A stretch of DNA of 56,111 nucleotides, counting the filler, from Squatina squatina (lineage: Eukaryota): the NCBI GenBank assembly GCA_031763465.1. It is 3 parts of 3 records of this genome, joined end to end, with 100 filler letters (N's around TTAATTAATTAA, not from the genome) between each part and the next. Parts side by side here need not be neighbours in the genome. Positions count along the whole stretch, not along the records: positions 1 to 26,367 come from JARFOE010000189.1; 2 more parts are not named here. One strand, written 5' to 3'. The position numbers and the translations under genes were made by a program. Under the pieces are notes generated by a model. The model had not been told where the DNA came from. It did no database searches and saw only the letters and a program-made list of their open reading frames with translations. Position 1 is the stretch's first letter, and the number at the start of each line of letters is the position of its first letter. Shown piece by piece: positions 1 through 12,643 of the stretch.

Positions 1-1363
1 CACAATGCTAATCACCGAATTGCTAATCGTATTCTCAAGGAACTACTTTGAATACAGTGTTAGCTTTTCTGAGATGTCTTGGACAAGATCCAAAAGAAGA
101 CATCAGTTATTGCTATTTGAGCAACAGATCAAGAGTTTATTAAGCTTACAGCGTAATATATACTTAAGAACAGGTGACAGTTCGAGTGGCTCGCAGCCCT
201 TGGTCTCGGGAGACGCTCGGATACAGGTGACGTCGTCTTCAGTCTGTTCTAATCTTCACAGGAAATCTGTGTGAAGTTTCATTTTGTGTGATTATTTTAT
301 CTCTTCCTCAAACAAGGTTTTTTCAATATATGGTTTCTCGGAAGGTCAATTCATTTACTTGGCATTTGTGGGCAAGAAGTCACTTTCACTCAATATCGTA
401 GCAGGACTGCCGTCCGTTATGTTTTTTATACATTTGAAGGCCACTCTATCTCCAAACTTCTCCCCTCAAGACATCAAAACTATGGTGCTTTATCTCCCCC
501 CAAAGTCCTCCCTGGTCTGACACATATTAAGCTCAGTGTCTCCATTGTTTATATTCGCTCAATACCAGTTTATTTTATATCTGTAGCTGGCGAATAAGTT
601 AATTGTTTTAATTCTCACACTGTTCACCATGAAGTAAATCAGTAATTTCTAATCTATTCGTACACATTGGTTATACACACAATAAGGTTATTAGAAAATA
701 TACTCGTGCTTTTATTGTTGGCGAAGTTAAGCTGAACCAGATGTCCTAAAAAAAGGCAATAGATCGTTCAGCTCGGCATGGCTGAGGTCATGGGACATTC
801 TATGGGCCTCTCCATAGAACGTGGGATGTGCTTTCTCCTCATCTAATTTCATGAAACTCTGTCAAAACCGAACATAAATTCTAACCCAGACCTTCCCAGT
901 AAAATGAAATTTAGAGCCCAACATAGATTAACCCCTTACTTGCCACTCATGTGCTCACCTGTGTATATATCTGATTAATAGGAACAATTAATATTCTATA
1001 GTTAAATTTATACTTATTTGTACTATTACTAAAAGCATTCTAATACCAGCCTTTCTCACAGCAGTCTGCTTGTATTGAAGAGTTAGAGTGCGTTTGTTAT
1101 TACATTATAATATTTGACTGGTAATATTTCACATTTTAAAGGAAATCGGGCTTAATGTTGTCCTTTTTTGCTGACAGAACTGTCCAAATCCCTCAAGTAT
1201 TCAGGTAGGAGTAATATCAGTGTATAATTGCTTGGAATATTTGCATACTCATCATTGGCAATGCAGAAATGTATTTCCATTATTTCTTTATTATAACCCA
1301 TTCTTCCTGGTCATTGACACATATATGGCGGTGTCACATCTTCCTCCAAATATCCTTAAAACT

Positions 1364-1417
1364 CCCCGCCCAATATTCAATTCCCGTGGCTACAATGGAA
1401 CGGAATATTTGGCGGGG
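1364..1417. repeat. Short palindromic (hairpin) MITE core
   Basis: CCCCGCCCAATATTC ... GAATATTTGGCGGGG inverted arms (14/15) around a TTCC-cgtggctac-AATGGAA centre. Confidence 0.6.
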
Positions 1418-1594
1418 CATATAACAGGAAGACAAGACAATACCTGGCAGATTCCCACCCCGATAAATAACAGAAACGTTAATGGGTCAAAAATTCCCGC
1501 TTGTAAATCTGTAGTGTATCCACATATTAAATTATGGTATGATCGCCAACGCAGAGTGGTCCATTACCAGTGGGCGCAGATTTAAAGTCATTAA

Positions 1595-2380
1595 AGCCCG
1601 ACTAGTCCATACCAGCGTTTATGCTGCACACGAGCCTCCTCCTGTCTTTCCTCATCTAAATCTGTCAGCATAACCGACCATTACCCTCACCCTGATATGC
1701 TTGTCTAACCTCCCCTTAAATGCATCTGTACTATTTGCTTCAACCACTCCCTGTGGTAGTGAGTTCCACATTCTCCCCACTCTCTGTGTAAAGAAGTTTC
1801 TCCTGAATTCCCTGTTGGATTTCCTGGTGACTATCTTATACTGATGGCCTCTAATTATGCTCTTCCCCACAACTGGAAACATTCTCTCTGTATCCTCCCT
1901 ATCAATACCTTTTATAATTTTAAAGACCTCTATTAGGTCACCCCTCAGTTTTCTTTTTTCAAGAGAAACGTGGCCCAGCCTGTTCATCCTTTCTTGATAT
2001 GTCTACCCTCGCATTTCTGGAATCATTCCTATAAATATTCTCTGCACCCTCTCCTGTGCCTCTATATTCTTTTTTACAATATGTTGAGCAGAACTGTACC
2101 CAGTACTCCAAGTGTGGCCTGAACAAGGTGCGATAGAGGTTTTGCATAACTTCCCTACTTTTCAACTCTCTTCCTCCAGAAATAAAGTAGTTCTTGGATT
2201 TCTTTGATTACAGCCTTGCTAAACTGTGTGGTAACTTGTAGTGATTTGTGTATTTGTTCTCCGAGATCCATTTGTTCCTCTATCGCACCCAGACTCACAA
2301 CCTCCAAGTAATTAGTGACCTCCCTATTCTTCCTAACAAAATGTAATTACTCATATTTGTCTGTGTGGAACTTCATTTGG
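1595..2380 (-). mobile_element. CR1 LINE 3' fragment (RT C-terminus + 3' UTR), degraded
   Basis: ORFs 1959-2165 and 1652-1987 encode LYRTLFRPHLEYWVQF and SLEKRKLRGDLIEVFKIIKG..RRNFFTQRVGRMWNSLP..FKGRLDKH, typical CR1 ORF2 end, split by a frameshift. Confidence 0.92.
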
Positions 2381-4530
2381 TCAAATTTCTGGTAAACTGT
2401 CCGACACAACTCCATTCAAGGAAATTTTTCTCAACATAATGGATCAATATTGAAGTGAAACACATTTCCTCTTGCTTAAGTTATAGTTCCAGATGCATGC
2501 ATTTTCTTCAATTGTAAAAATATTGTGTCAGTAAATGGTTTAACATGACAAAAATAGTGATTACAATGTAATTAAAGGCCATTAATGATACAGTACTGAA
2601 CTTTTCAAGAGCTGTTGTTTTCCTGTTGATGTTTAACTCTGCCATTTACATAAGAACACATGTCAATCTGTTGATGGAAGTACCAAAGCAGAGATAAACA
2701 TAATTCTCAGCAAGGGCTTAATATCATAGCTGCCCTGCTGAGCATATTTCTCAACATAACCCCAATACAAATATTGCCATAGCTGTAAAACAATACTTAT
2801 TTTGTATCTACCCAACAGAAAATAGTACCAAGAAAATCAGTTATCCAGTGAATGAGATCTGGTACCTCAAAGAAGATGAAAATCAGAATAAATAGCAAGA
2901 GTGGCAGATAAACTAAGATTAACTTGTCAGCTGAACATATTATAAACCACATGCACAGCGAAAGGAAATGTGAAAAAGGATTACAATTGTTTTATTATAA
3001 CTGACATATAAATTGTATTTTATGTTTAATCGATGTCTATATTGCATAAATTCTCGTGACTTATCTGCAGTCATTAAAACATTGTTAAAAACGTGTTGTA
3101 TTCTCTTTCATACAAAAGTTTTGATCTTTCTACCAGCTGTATAGCACTCATTGGATATGATTTTTTCACCACACTGCAATACTTCTACACCAATTATGAA
3201 AATCACCACCATGAGACTCATTAAAACCTGATGCGCCACACCGCCTCCTCTAGCCTCTACCATGGCAACAGAAAATATCTAGTCAACCTACTACACCCAA
3301 TGGGTAACAATGCTGCAAGACAATGCAGCACTGCAGAAATAACTACTGCTGAAAAGAGAAGGATCCGGCTCATGTTGAAGAGTTATGGCAGTGAACTGTT
3401 GTTCTATCCTGAAACAGCCTGCAGCCGCTCACTCGAGAGACCCCAAGGCCCTTCTTGGGCCGAAGATGGAGGAACGTTTAAAACAAATCTTCTGCTCCTC
3501 GGGGGGCCATTTGCCAGCATAACAAAAGTAATTGATCCCCTCCAGNNNNNNNNNNNNNNNNNNNNNNNNNNNNNNNNNNNNNNNNNNNNNNNNNNNNNNN
3601 NNNNNNNNNNNNNNNNNNNNNNNNNNNNNNNNNNNNNNNNNNNNNTAAGCTATTAAAAAAAGGTACATTTTTTGATTCAATGTACATGACCCTTATTCCT
3701 GTGATCCTGAAAAAATCTTATACAGTGTAATAAAGACCTGTTTACATAATCAGCACGGATCCTAATATTTTCTATTTGCTTGAATAAGCTCAAACTTGAT
3801 AAATCCTGACCCCAGATTTGCTTTAGGATGCATAATTATGAACTGATGGTTTGAGATGCTCTTTTTTTAAATTTTGTCTCAGTGTATTGGTACCCGTCAG
3901 ATGCCATCTTCCTCAATGCCAACAGTGTTTCTGACAGAGATGAATGACCTTATCTGTTTCAGATGTCAAAAGAATTGGACTTTGGAGACAATTTTATTTA
4001 ATGATTAGAGAGGCTGTATTGTTTTCACAGTGCCTCTTCACTTGCTTTGAAAGGAGTCATGAGACAGGGCTGGCCCAATTCCCATTTTATTGCTTTTTAT
4101 CTTTGGAGTCTTTAGCTGCTGCCATTGGAGCTGAATCAGGTGTCAAAGTGGCTCCCAGGTTCATAGATTCCCTATACACTGATGTCATTCTGTTGTTCCA
4201 GGTTACTCCATTGGGATCAGTGGAGTACTGATATCTTTGCTGTATAAGTAAAAGTTTCAGCAACCTATTTGACTGTAAGATTGGTTGAAATAGGAACTTA
4301 CCTTATTGCTTTCTACATTATTTTGCTGATATAATGTGTTTGCTGTATGGATATTTTTTGGTTATACTGGTATCTGATTTGCATTTTGATGCTATTTTGC
4401 AAAAAACTAAAAGATAGACATGTTCCGGATGGAAATTACTTCTGCTGACTCTGTCGGATAGACTAGACCAGAAAGACTATCATAGATTATAATTCCAATA
4501 TATGTTTCTCTGTGTTTTTTAAAAGAGTAT

Positions 4531-4686
4531 GGCCCAGAAATCTGTACAAATCGGGCGATATCGATCGGCCACCCATTATACGCAGAGCCTGACAGTCAGT
4601 TCCATTGCAGCCAATGTGACTGAACAACAGGTGACCAATCCAAAACCGCCCATTTTGAGCCACTGCCCGAGACGAATTTCTAGGTC
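4531..4686. mobile_element. 156-bp MITE with Harbinger-like TIRs
   Basis: Termini GGCCCAGAAATC / GAATTTCTAGGTC, flanked by a 3-bp direct repeat TAT (4528-30, 4687-89); centre CAGTTCCATTGCAGCCAATGTGACTG. Confidence 0.65.
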
Positions 4687-5559
4687 TATTTGTTTGGGAT
4701 TGAATATATTTTGATGTGGTTCCCAAAGATTGCATTAGCTGGGGGAAAATACTAATAGAGAGAAAGCTGGGTTCTTTTGATGCATCAGAAGATGATATTA
4801 TCCCGACACAGCAAAAGAATTCAGGTGCACCTCTTGTTCTTTTGTGGTTCTTTCCAGTTTCTTTAAACTAAACCTATTTGAGGGGGAAAACATTTATCTG
4901 TTTGCAAAATCAGAAGCTNNNNNNNNNNNNNNNNNNNNNNNNNNNNNNNNNNNNNNNNNNNNNNNNNNNNNNNNNNNNNNNNNNNNNNNNNNNNNNNNNN
5001 NNNNNNNNNNNNNNNNNNTTGATTCCTCTTTAACCAACTTTTACATTCCTCTGAACTGAAGGGAAATGATGTGCGAAGACATCCTCCACCGACTTATCAT
5101 GTAGCTTTCATGCTCTGCCTCCCACTCCCCGATAGGAACTTACCCATTACCCACATCATCCAGTTAAATCTTTTTTCTTGCTGGAGATAAGCGCATCATT
5201 GCACCGATTTAGTTAAAATTTGTGATGGCCAGCATTCTTATACTATTTACTACACCCCACAAAGAGATGATACAGAAGATATGTAACGAACACACACGGG
5301 ATTTGATTTATATCCCACATGTAGGCAGTCATGAGTGAATTATGCTCAGTGCTGTGAATGGCATATAAATCATCTCCTACAGGTTTATGTGATGTATTCT
5401 ATATTTACCACACATTAAAGTTTAATCTGGTAAAGAATGGGGTAAAATAAATTAAGTAAGAGGTTAAAAAAGATGGACCCCAATAGGGTTGCACTACACT
5501 GGTACCTTAAGCAGCTGAAGACCAGTTATATTTGCGCTGGATTTGCACTGCTGATTTAA

Positions 5560-7303
5560 GTCGGGAAATTGGTCTCTTCAAAACAAAAATTCAGGCGGGG
5601 TCTAAATCAAGTTCAAAATCAGCGTAAGTAGGTGTAGGTGCAGCGTACTTAGGGAGTAAGAGGGTTGATGAGACCAATTCCTTGAACTAGCTGATCACAC
5701 TCAATCAGTTGCAATCTCACCTCAGCCCTTAAAAGGGGTGTTTGTTGAAAGTAAATCGCTGCCTCGGTGAGTGTACATTTGTGACAGGTTAGTGCATACA
5801 GCCCTCTGCAACTTCCTTTGCTTCCTTTGCTGGTGCAAAGAATGGCTGGTGGTGCAAGAAGGGTTAGAGCTCCTAACTTTGCGGACACCACAGTAGAGAC
5901 ATTGGTGGCCGCGGTGGAGGAGGGCCGACACGGTAGTTCCACAAGCTGGGAGAAGAGGCTCTTGTCAGCTTCTGCGGGGACTTTGGTGGCAGATAGTCTG
6001 TGCCTCAGATATAGTCTGAAGGACAGGGCCGCAAGGTCGGAAGAACTTCAATGACCTTACTCGTGTATTGATGGTGAGTGCAATGATGTCTTCAATGCTC
6101 AGGTGTGGTGACACTGTCACGACTGCAATGGTTTGAAATAATGTATTAATAGATGAAGTGATGACACTGGCAGTTAGTATCCTTGAGATGGCACACCTTT
6201 ATTTTGAGGAGTAACCTGAACATAGGTGTGAAGCATGTTCCCTATGGCACTTGTGCTATCATGTGCNNNNNNNNNNNNNNNNNNNNNNNNNNNNNNNNNN
6301 NNNNNNNNNNNNNNNNNNNNNNNNNNNNNNNNNNNNNNNNNNNNNNNNNNNNNNNNNNNNNNNNNNNNNNNNNNNNNNNNNNNNNNNNNNNNNNNNNNNN
6401 NNNNNNNNNNNNNNNNNNNNNNNNNNNNNNNNNNNNNNNNNNNNNNNNNNNNNNNNNNNNNNNNNNNNNNNNNNNNNNNNNNNNNNNNNNNNNNNNNNNN
6501 NNNNNNNNNNNNNNNNNNNNNNNNNNNNNNNNNNNNNNNNNNNNNNNNNNNNNNNNNNNNNNNNNNNNNNNNNNNNNNNNNNNNNNNNNNNNNNNNNNNN
6601 NNNNNNNNNNNNNNNNNNNNNNNNNNNNNNNNNNNNNNNNNNNNNNNNNNNNNNNNNNNNNNNNNNNNNNNNNNNNNNNNNNNNNNNNNNNNNNNNNNNN
6701 NNNNNNNNNNNNNNNNNNNNNNNNNNNNNNNNNNNNNNNNNNNNNNNNNNNNNNNNNNNNNNNNNNNNNNNNNNNNNNNNNNNNNNNNNNNNNNNNNNNN
6801 NNNNNNNNNNNNNNNNNNNNNNNNNNNNNNNNNNNNNNNNNNNNNNNNNNNNNNNNNNNNNNNNNNNNNNNNNNNNNNNNNNNNNNNNNNNNNNNNNNNN
6901 NNNNNNNNNNNNNNNNNNNNNNNNNNNNNNNNNNNNNNNNNNNNNNNNNNNNNNNNNNNNNNNNNNNNNNNNNNNNNNNNNNNNNNNNNNNNNNNNNNNN
7001 NNNNNNNNNNNNNNNNNNNNNNNNNNNNNNNNNNNNNNNNNNNNNNNNNNNNNNNNNNNNNNNNNNNNNNNNNNNNNNNNNNNNNNNNNNNNNNNNNNNN
7101 NNNNNNNNNNNNNNNNNNNNNNNNNNNNNNTGGCAGATTGGGACAGGCAGCTTTGATGCGTCCATGTCGCCACAATGTGCCCACCCCAGTCATTTAAGTG
7201 ACAGCCATTTGGAATGGGCTCTATGTCTTCATGTGCAAGCCTTCAAGGGTTTCGCTCCACTAAATTTGCACCAGCAGAGGAGGCCAGTTTGAATTTCAAG
7301 GCC
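5560..7303 (+). mobile_element. Harbinger-type element carrying a Myb/SANT-like gene remnant (spans an 864-N gap)
   Basis: Left end contains AATTGGTCTCTTCAAA, shared with the terminus of the Harbinger at 12643; right end GAATTTCAAGGCC resembles other Harbinger-like TIRs in the window; internal Myb-like exon. Confidence 0.6.
5842..6073 (+). pseudogene. Harbinger ORF2 Myb/SANT-like (NAIF1/MSANTD-like) DNA-binding protein, first exon, frameshifted
   Basis: MAGGARRVRAPNFADTTVETLVAAVEEGR, then in another frame RTGPQGRKNFNDLTRVLM followed by GTGAGT; matches the R.P.F...LV..V / QCRKKFNDL pattern of Harbinger Myb proteins. Confidence 0.75.
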
Positions 7304-7381
7304 ATCATTATTTATTTCCTCCTGCCAAGGGTTTCAACCCTCGGATACTCAAACAAAAACCTTCTTGATGTTCACATTGGC

Positions 7382-7480
7382 CTGGGTTTTCCACTTTCGC
7401 TCTCGCCAACCTGCGATTGCCTGCCCCTTAAAGTAAATGGGCAGAAAATTGCGGGCTGTTAAAAGAGCGGAAAACCCCAG
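7382..7480. repeat. ~100-bp hairpin MITE
   Basis: CTGGGTTTTCC ... GGAAAACCCCAG outer arms, CTGCCC ... GGGCAG inner arms, centre CTTAAAGTAAAT. Confidence 0.6.
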
Positions 7481-8904
7481 CCTTTATCTTTTGGTTGTGC
7501 CTGATCTTTTCTGAAAAGGACAGTTGAAGCCACTGTCTTGCACATTAAGGTTCTACAGCTTAGCGAGACTCAGCTGCCACTATCAGCCAACTTCCCTTTT
7601 GGAATTCTTGAGAGTGTGTCACATTTATGAGCTTACCACTATATTGATAGCTGACTAAATTTCAATCTGCTCAAGTTTCCATGTCCAATTTCTGCTTTGT
7701 GCAACCAGTATAAGAGTTTTCAACTGGTTTGTAAAGCAAAGGTACCTTCGCACAGGTCACAAAAAGCGTTTCACTGGCTATACCAAAGTTAAGCCCTCAT
7801 TCTCTTTTCTAACGCAATTTCTCTGGTAGTTAAATGCACTTTGTTTTTCCTTCATTTTTCCTCTCTCATAGCTACATAAACACCTCACTTGATAGACAAC
7901 TTCTGCTTTGTGACTGGCTAGAGTGCCTTAGCAACATAATAAGTACTATTCCCATACAAATGCTTTTTATCTAACTTAGTTAGGAACTATGCTGTCCAGC
8001 AATAAATAGTTCACTCTACTAAGCAACCTCCCTTTCAATTAAAGAAACAGTACAAGTTGTATTAAAAGTTTAACCAAGCTTCCTACGCTCCAAACCCCAT
8101 CAACGTTCTTATATTCATTTAGAATTTATTAGTTATTTCCCAGTTGGCTCCCAAATAGAATAATTATTCCTGCAGTGTACAATTATTTGATTTGTAAAGC
8201 ACACATTTTTTTAATAAGTGTACAACTTTGATTATAATCAAACTATTTCATCTGTTTCTATTATACATAATAATTATGACTTTATTAGATATTTATTAGC
8301 ACAACAATTTTTGTTTTGTACTGAATTCATTTAAGGAGATTTTTATATGGTAGATAAATCCTGTTTAGAGTCTGACTCTAACACGTCAAATTGTGTGACC
8401 CAGATCGCAGTCCTATAGAATGTTTCGTGTTCAACCCATCAGGCCGTACCAAAAAGGATTTATTTTCTAGTGCATCTACCGTCAAAAGCTCTTGTCCATT
8501 ATACAATGCACCTGAACTCTCATGGGGGTAATTTTACATGCAATGCTGACAAGGATGAATATTCTAGTCACAGAGGTTCTTCAAAGGTTCCCTTGAGTCT
8601 GTCCAAGGAGAAAATGGGCAACAGAGGACAAGGATAATTCCAACTCTCAAATAAACATAAGGAGGTAGAAGCAAAAGAAGACAAAGGTGAGTCCAACTGC
8701 CGTAGGTTAAAAAGATCNNNNNNNNNNNNNNNNNNNNNNNNNNNNNNNNNNNNNNNNNNNNNNNNNNNNNNNNNNNNNNNNNNNNNNNNNNNNNNNNNNN
8801 NNNNNNNNNNNNNNNNNAGGTTTGTATTCTTTTTTGCAGGTTCATGACGTACTCCAGAGCGACACCGTGGATCACAACTTTTGGGCCACAGAGGAATAGC
8901 AATG

Positions 8905-9200
8905 AAATTGACTGATGAGCAGAAAGGAATGGAAAGAAAAAGACAGGGAAGACAAGTTAAAGAAAAAAAAACGCACGAGGAACCAATAGAAAGCCATATA
9001 GAAGCAAAGAGTAAAAGATGTGGATAGAGAAACAGCTAGAGATAATTAGAGAGAAGAAAGAATAGACCGAAAGAAGGCGAGAGGGAGTTAGAAAAAAGGG
9101 CAGAAACTGAAAGAAGGCAAAAAGAGAATCAGATAAAAGAAGAATTGATTAAAATAGAAAGAGAAAATATAATGAGAAAGAACTATACAGAGAAATAGCA
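8905..9200 (+). repeat. Purine-rich (A/G) low-complexity tract
   Basis: Strongly A/G-biased plus strand; translates to interrupted K/E/R-rich frames. Confidence 0.6.
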
Positions 9201-10339
9201 CAAACAGGAAAGGAGCCACCTTCCCCACATTCAACATTTACCAGGAGCTGTGACATTCTGGCCTTGTAAACCCTCTCATTCAGCTGTAAATATATCTTTT
9301 TGAGAGTCCTGCGCGTATATGCTCTCGTTCTATTTGTGTCATTTTTCATTCTGAAGGAATTATTGCAGCCACACTAGGATGCAAAAGCCATGTTGCTGCC
9401 CTATTGCTCTGTTTGGTGAAGCATTCTTCCCATTAGTGCCATCCCTGAGCTAGACTTATAGGCGACATGTGTTCAGGCTGTTAAGTGATTGGAAACTGCA
9501 ATGTGCCAGCTTTAATTGCATCCGCCACCCTGCTCCAACTTAATGAGCTTAATTGTTATTTTCACTGCAGGTTTGCAAACCCATTTCTGACATTACACAG
9601 CAGACACCTTATTCAATGCTTGGGAGAATTGTTGTTTCTGGGCGTTGTCAGAAATCAGAAAAAATTTCCAACACTGGAAAATTGCCCACAATTTTTAAAA
9701 TTCTAAATCCTTCCACTTGCAGATTGTTCTGCTGCTAAGGGTGGAGGGAAAAAGATCAGGAAAATGTATGTGCAGTGGATCTGTTACTAATTTTACTTAA
9801 ATGTTATCAATCATATGCATCGCAAGCAAGTGATACTAATAATGGTCACTAGGTTCTGGTACTGCAGAAGTTTGATGCAGCCAATTGCTCTTTTAGTAAG
9901 CCACAAATGATAAGGACCCGGTTACCAGTGGGATCTAGTCCTGAATGTCATGAGTGCTCTTCCCTACATTAAAAAAAAAAATCCTGTTTAATTTCAGGAA
10001 TAATTCCTTGAAGTATCGGCCAGCCCTTCTGAATACTTTGGGAAGTATATTGCAAATGCAGGGAAGATGATACTCATCTTGCTTATCTGGTAGTACAAAG
10101 ATCACATCATGCACCAAATATTTGCATAAGATTTACATTAACAGCATTATATTTACAGTATTATTGTCCCTATATTGATTAATATATTGAATTTGTACTA
10201 TCTGTAGATTTTATAAAGAAAAACAGTAAAATTGCCTTCATGCGAGTATTTGATCCTGGACTATTTAAATGGTTACAAACTGATTACACAAATTAAATTC
10301 ATGAGGGAGTCAATTATACAATCCACAGACTTTATACAA

Positions 10340-10729
10340 GATCACTAGATACAGATGAGGTAGGCTATTCGTCTCATCTTAGTTCATCCATCCATAAAGA
10401 CCCTAGAGTCCCCATCACAGTATCTAATTGTTTCTTAAATAATTCCAGAGCTTTTGCTCCACTACCTCACTCGGAAGTTCATCCCATGTGTTGATCATTC
10501 TGTGTGAAAAAGAACTTCCTGACTTCAATCATTCACTAGTTTGCAAATGCGCTCCTTGTTCTATTATCAGAGTTTAATTTGAAATTGTGTTCTGAATTTA
10601 CCTTTTCTATACAGTTTATCATCTGCAAGATCACCTCTCCATCACCTGTTCTCAAGACGAGACAGCCCAAGTTTCTCCTCACAACTTAGTACAAGGGATC
10701 AGTTTCATAGTAGTCCTCTATGTCATTTT
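10340..10729 (-). mobile_element. Old CR1-type LINE 3' remnant
   Basis: Reverse-strand CR1-like text (TGTGTGAAAAAGAACTTCCT, AGATCACCTCTC, CCCAAGTTTCTCC..CTTAGTA = YEE.L.KLGL..LE.R..GDL-type motif). Confidence 0.6.
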
Positions 10730-10829
10730 NNNNNNNNNNNNNNNNNNNNNNNNNNNNNNNNNNNNNNNNNNNNNNNNNNNNNNNNNNNNNNNNNNNNNNN
10801 NNNNNNNNNNNNNNNNNNNNNNNNNNNNN

Positions 10830-12643
10830 AGGTGCAGCTGCAAGGTGTATTGGTGTGGACCAGAGTGACTGACAAGTGGCTTGCCATTCAGGTGAAGCGG
10901 TCCTGGATGAGGTTGTCGCGTGCTTCCCTGGCAGGTTCACGGCCGTTTCAGCTCCACCTCCGTTGATCCTGCTGCTGCTCCTCATCCTCTTGATGCTGCT
11001 GCTCATGATGAGCCTCCTCCAGGTGCTCCTCCTGGTCCTCCTCATCCTCCTCACCTCCTGCTGGCATGTCTGGGTCTAGTCGCTGTGTCCTCATGATGGC
11101 CAGGTTGTGCAGCATGCAGCAGACCACCACGAAAAGGGAGGCCCAATGAAGCGAGTACTGAAGGGATCTGCCCAAGCAGTCGAGACAGCTGGACCTCTGC
11201 TTGAGCAGTCCTATAGTCTGCTCAATAATGTTTCTGGTGGCGGCACGGCTCTCGTAATACGAGTGTTGGGGTTGCGGAGGGGAGTCATCAGCCATGTGCA
11301 TAGCGGGTAGCCCTTGTCCCCAAGGATCCATCCGCGAAGTTCAATTGGGGGCTGGAACAGATCTGGCACACCGTTCTGCCTCAGGCATTATAGCTGCTGC
11401 CTGGATAGCAGGCATCCACCGTCATAATTTGCCGGGTGTGGTTGCATACCAACTGGACGTTCAGGGAGTGATAATCTTTCCTGTTGCGGAACCTCCTGTG
11501 ATTGTGTTGCAGGGCACTCAAGACAACGTGTGTGCTATCTATGGCACCCTGCACTATGGGGAAATCCGCCATCCTGAAGAATCCCATAACATGCTCATGC
11601 TGCTTCTGTCTGCTCAGACGAGATGTACTGCCTCCTCCTATGGTACAGAGCTTTAGTCACCAGGCGGATGCTGCAGTGAACGGCAGAGTAGGAGAGGTTG
11701 GAAATGTCCCCTGTGGCGCCTTGAAATGGTCCATTGGCAAAGAAATTCAAAGCAATTGAGACCTTCACTGCCATGGAGAGAGCTGTTCTGGTCCTCGTAT
11801 GTGGCTGAAGGTCCGCTTTCAGCAAGTGGCAGATCTCGGTAATGACAGCCTTCCTGAAGCACAGTCTTCAAGCACATTGCTCCTCAGTGGAATTGAGGTA
11901 TGAGAACTGCCGGCAGAAGACTCCGGGAGCGTATGGCCTCCTGTTGGCCATCCTGCACCTTCTCCCCCCATTGGCAGGATGCTGCTGAGCATCTTGCTGT
12001 GCAGGGCTATGTGGTTGAGCATTGTTAGCCTGTGCATAGCCAGCTCCCTGCACCTCACCCTGTTGGTGTTCAGCCCTTGCAGCATTCTGCAGTTGCCTCA
12101 TTTCCCTCCATTGTTGCCGATGCCTCTACTTTCATCTCAGATACCAGAGGTAATGCTGATGCAGCAGCCAGTCAACGGCAAAACAGCACCCATGTTTGCA
12201 ACTCCCCCTTGACCTGCTCAATATTGCAATGGCTGAAAACCACACCACAAATGAGCCTTCCAATTGCAGTATCGGGCCCCAACTACAAAATAGTCGGCAA
12301 TACAAAATGGCATCCATGACGCGCCCTTGAAGTCCTGGAGGCACTGCCTACTACCAGCAGGGCAGCACCACAATTTCCCAGAGGTACCAGTAGCCCTGTT
12401 TTCCATCGGGGGCGCTGACCAATCCGGGGGCCTTAGCGCACACTCTGCGCTGTGCATGCTGATGACGTCACCATCACCGTGCGCCGCTGCCCCTCGTGCC
12501 GCCGGCCGAAAGGCGGTGCAAACCTCTTTGGAGGTCATGAAAATCCAAGGCCAGTTCCACAAATGATGGCGGTAGTGCCGCCAGCCAGCGCAAAGGCCTG
12601 AGCGCCGTTTTCCGCAAGATTTGAGGAGACCAATTGGGTCCCC
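10830..12643 (-). mobile_element. PIF/Harbinger DNA transposon (one terminus visible, other side ends at a gap)
   Basis: Contains HARBI1-like transposase remnant; terminus GGGGACCCAATTGG on the minus strand at 12643 with adjacent TAA (12644-46), consistent with a TWA target site. Confidence 0.88.
10888..12193 (-). pseudogene. Harbinger (HARBI1-like) DDE transposase, near full length, several stops and frameshifts
   Basis: Reconstructed [101 protein letters not shown]..acidic tail..AREARDNLIQDRFT*. Confidence 0.93.

Noticed and set aside
3231-3545. 141-aa ORF, minus-strand LEGINYFCYAGKWPPEEQ.. frame, and RFX half-site CCATGGCAAC
   Set aside because: No recognisable homology or clear splice pair; truncated by a gap
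6174-7292. Long ORFs here and at 18400-19223, 19686-20404 and 34690-35601
   Set aside because: They are open only because they run through N gaps
10888-12193. Host HARBI1 gene
   Set aside because: Multiple stops and frameshifts, a TIR, and a second related copy in the window indicate transposon remnants
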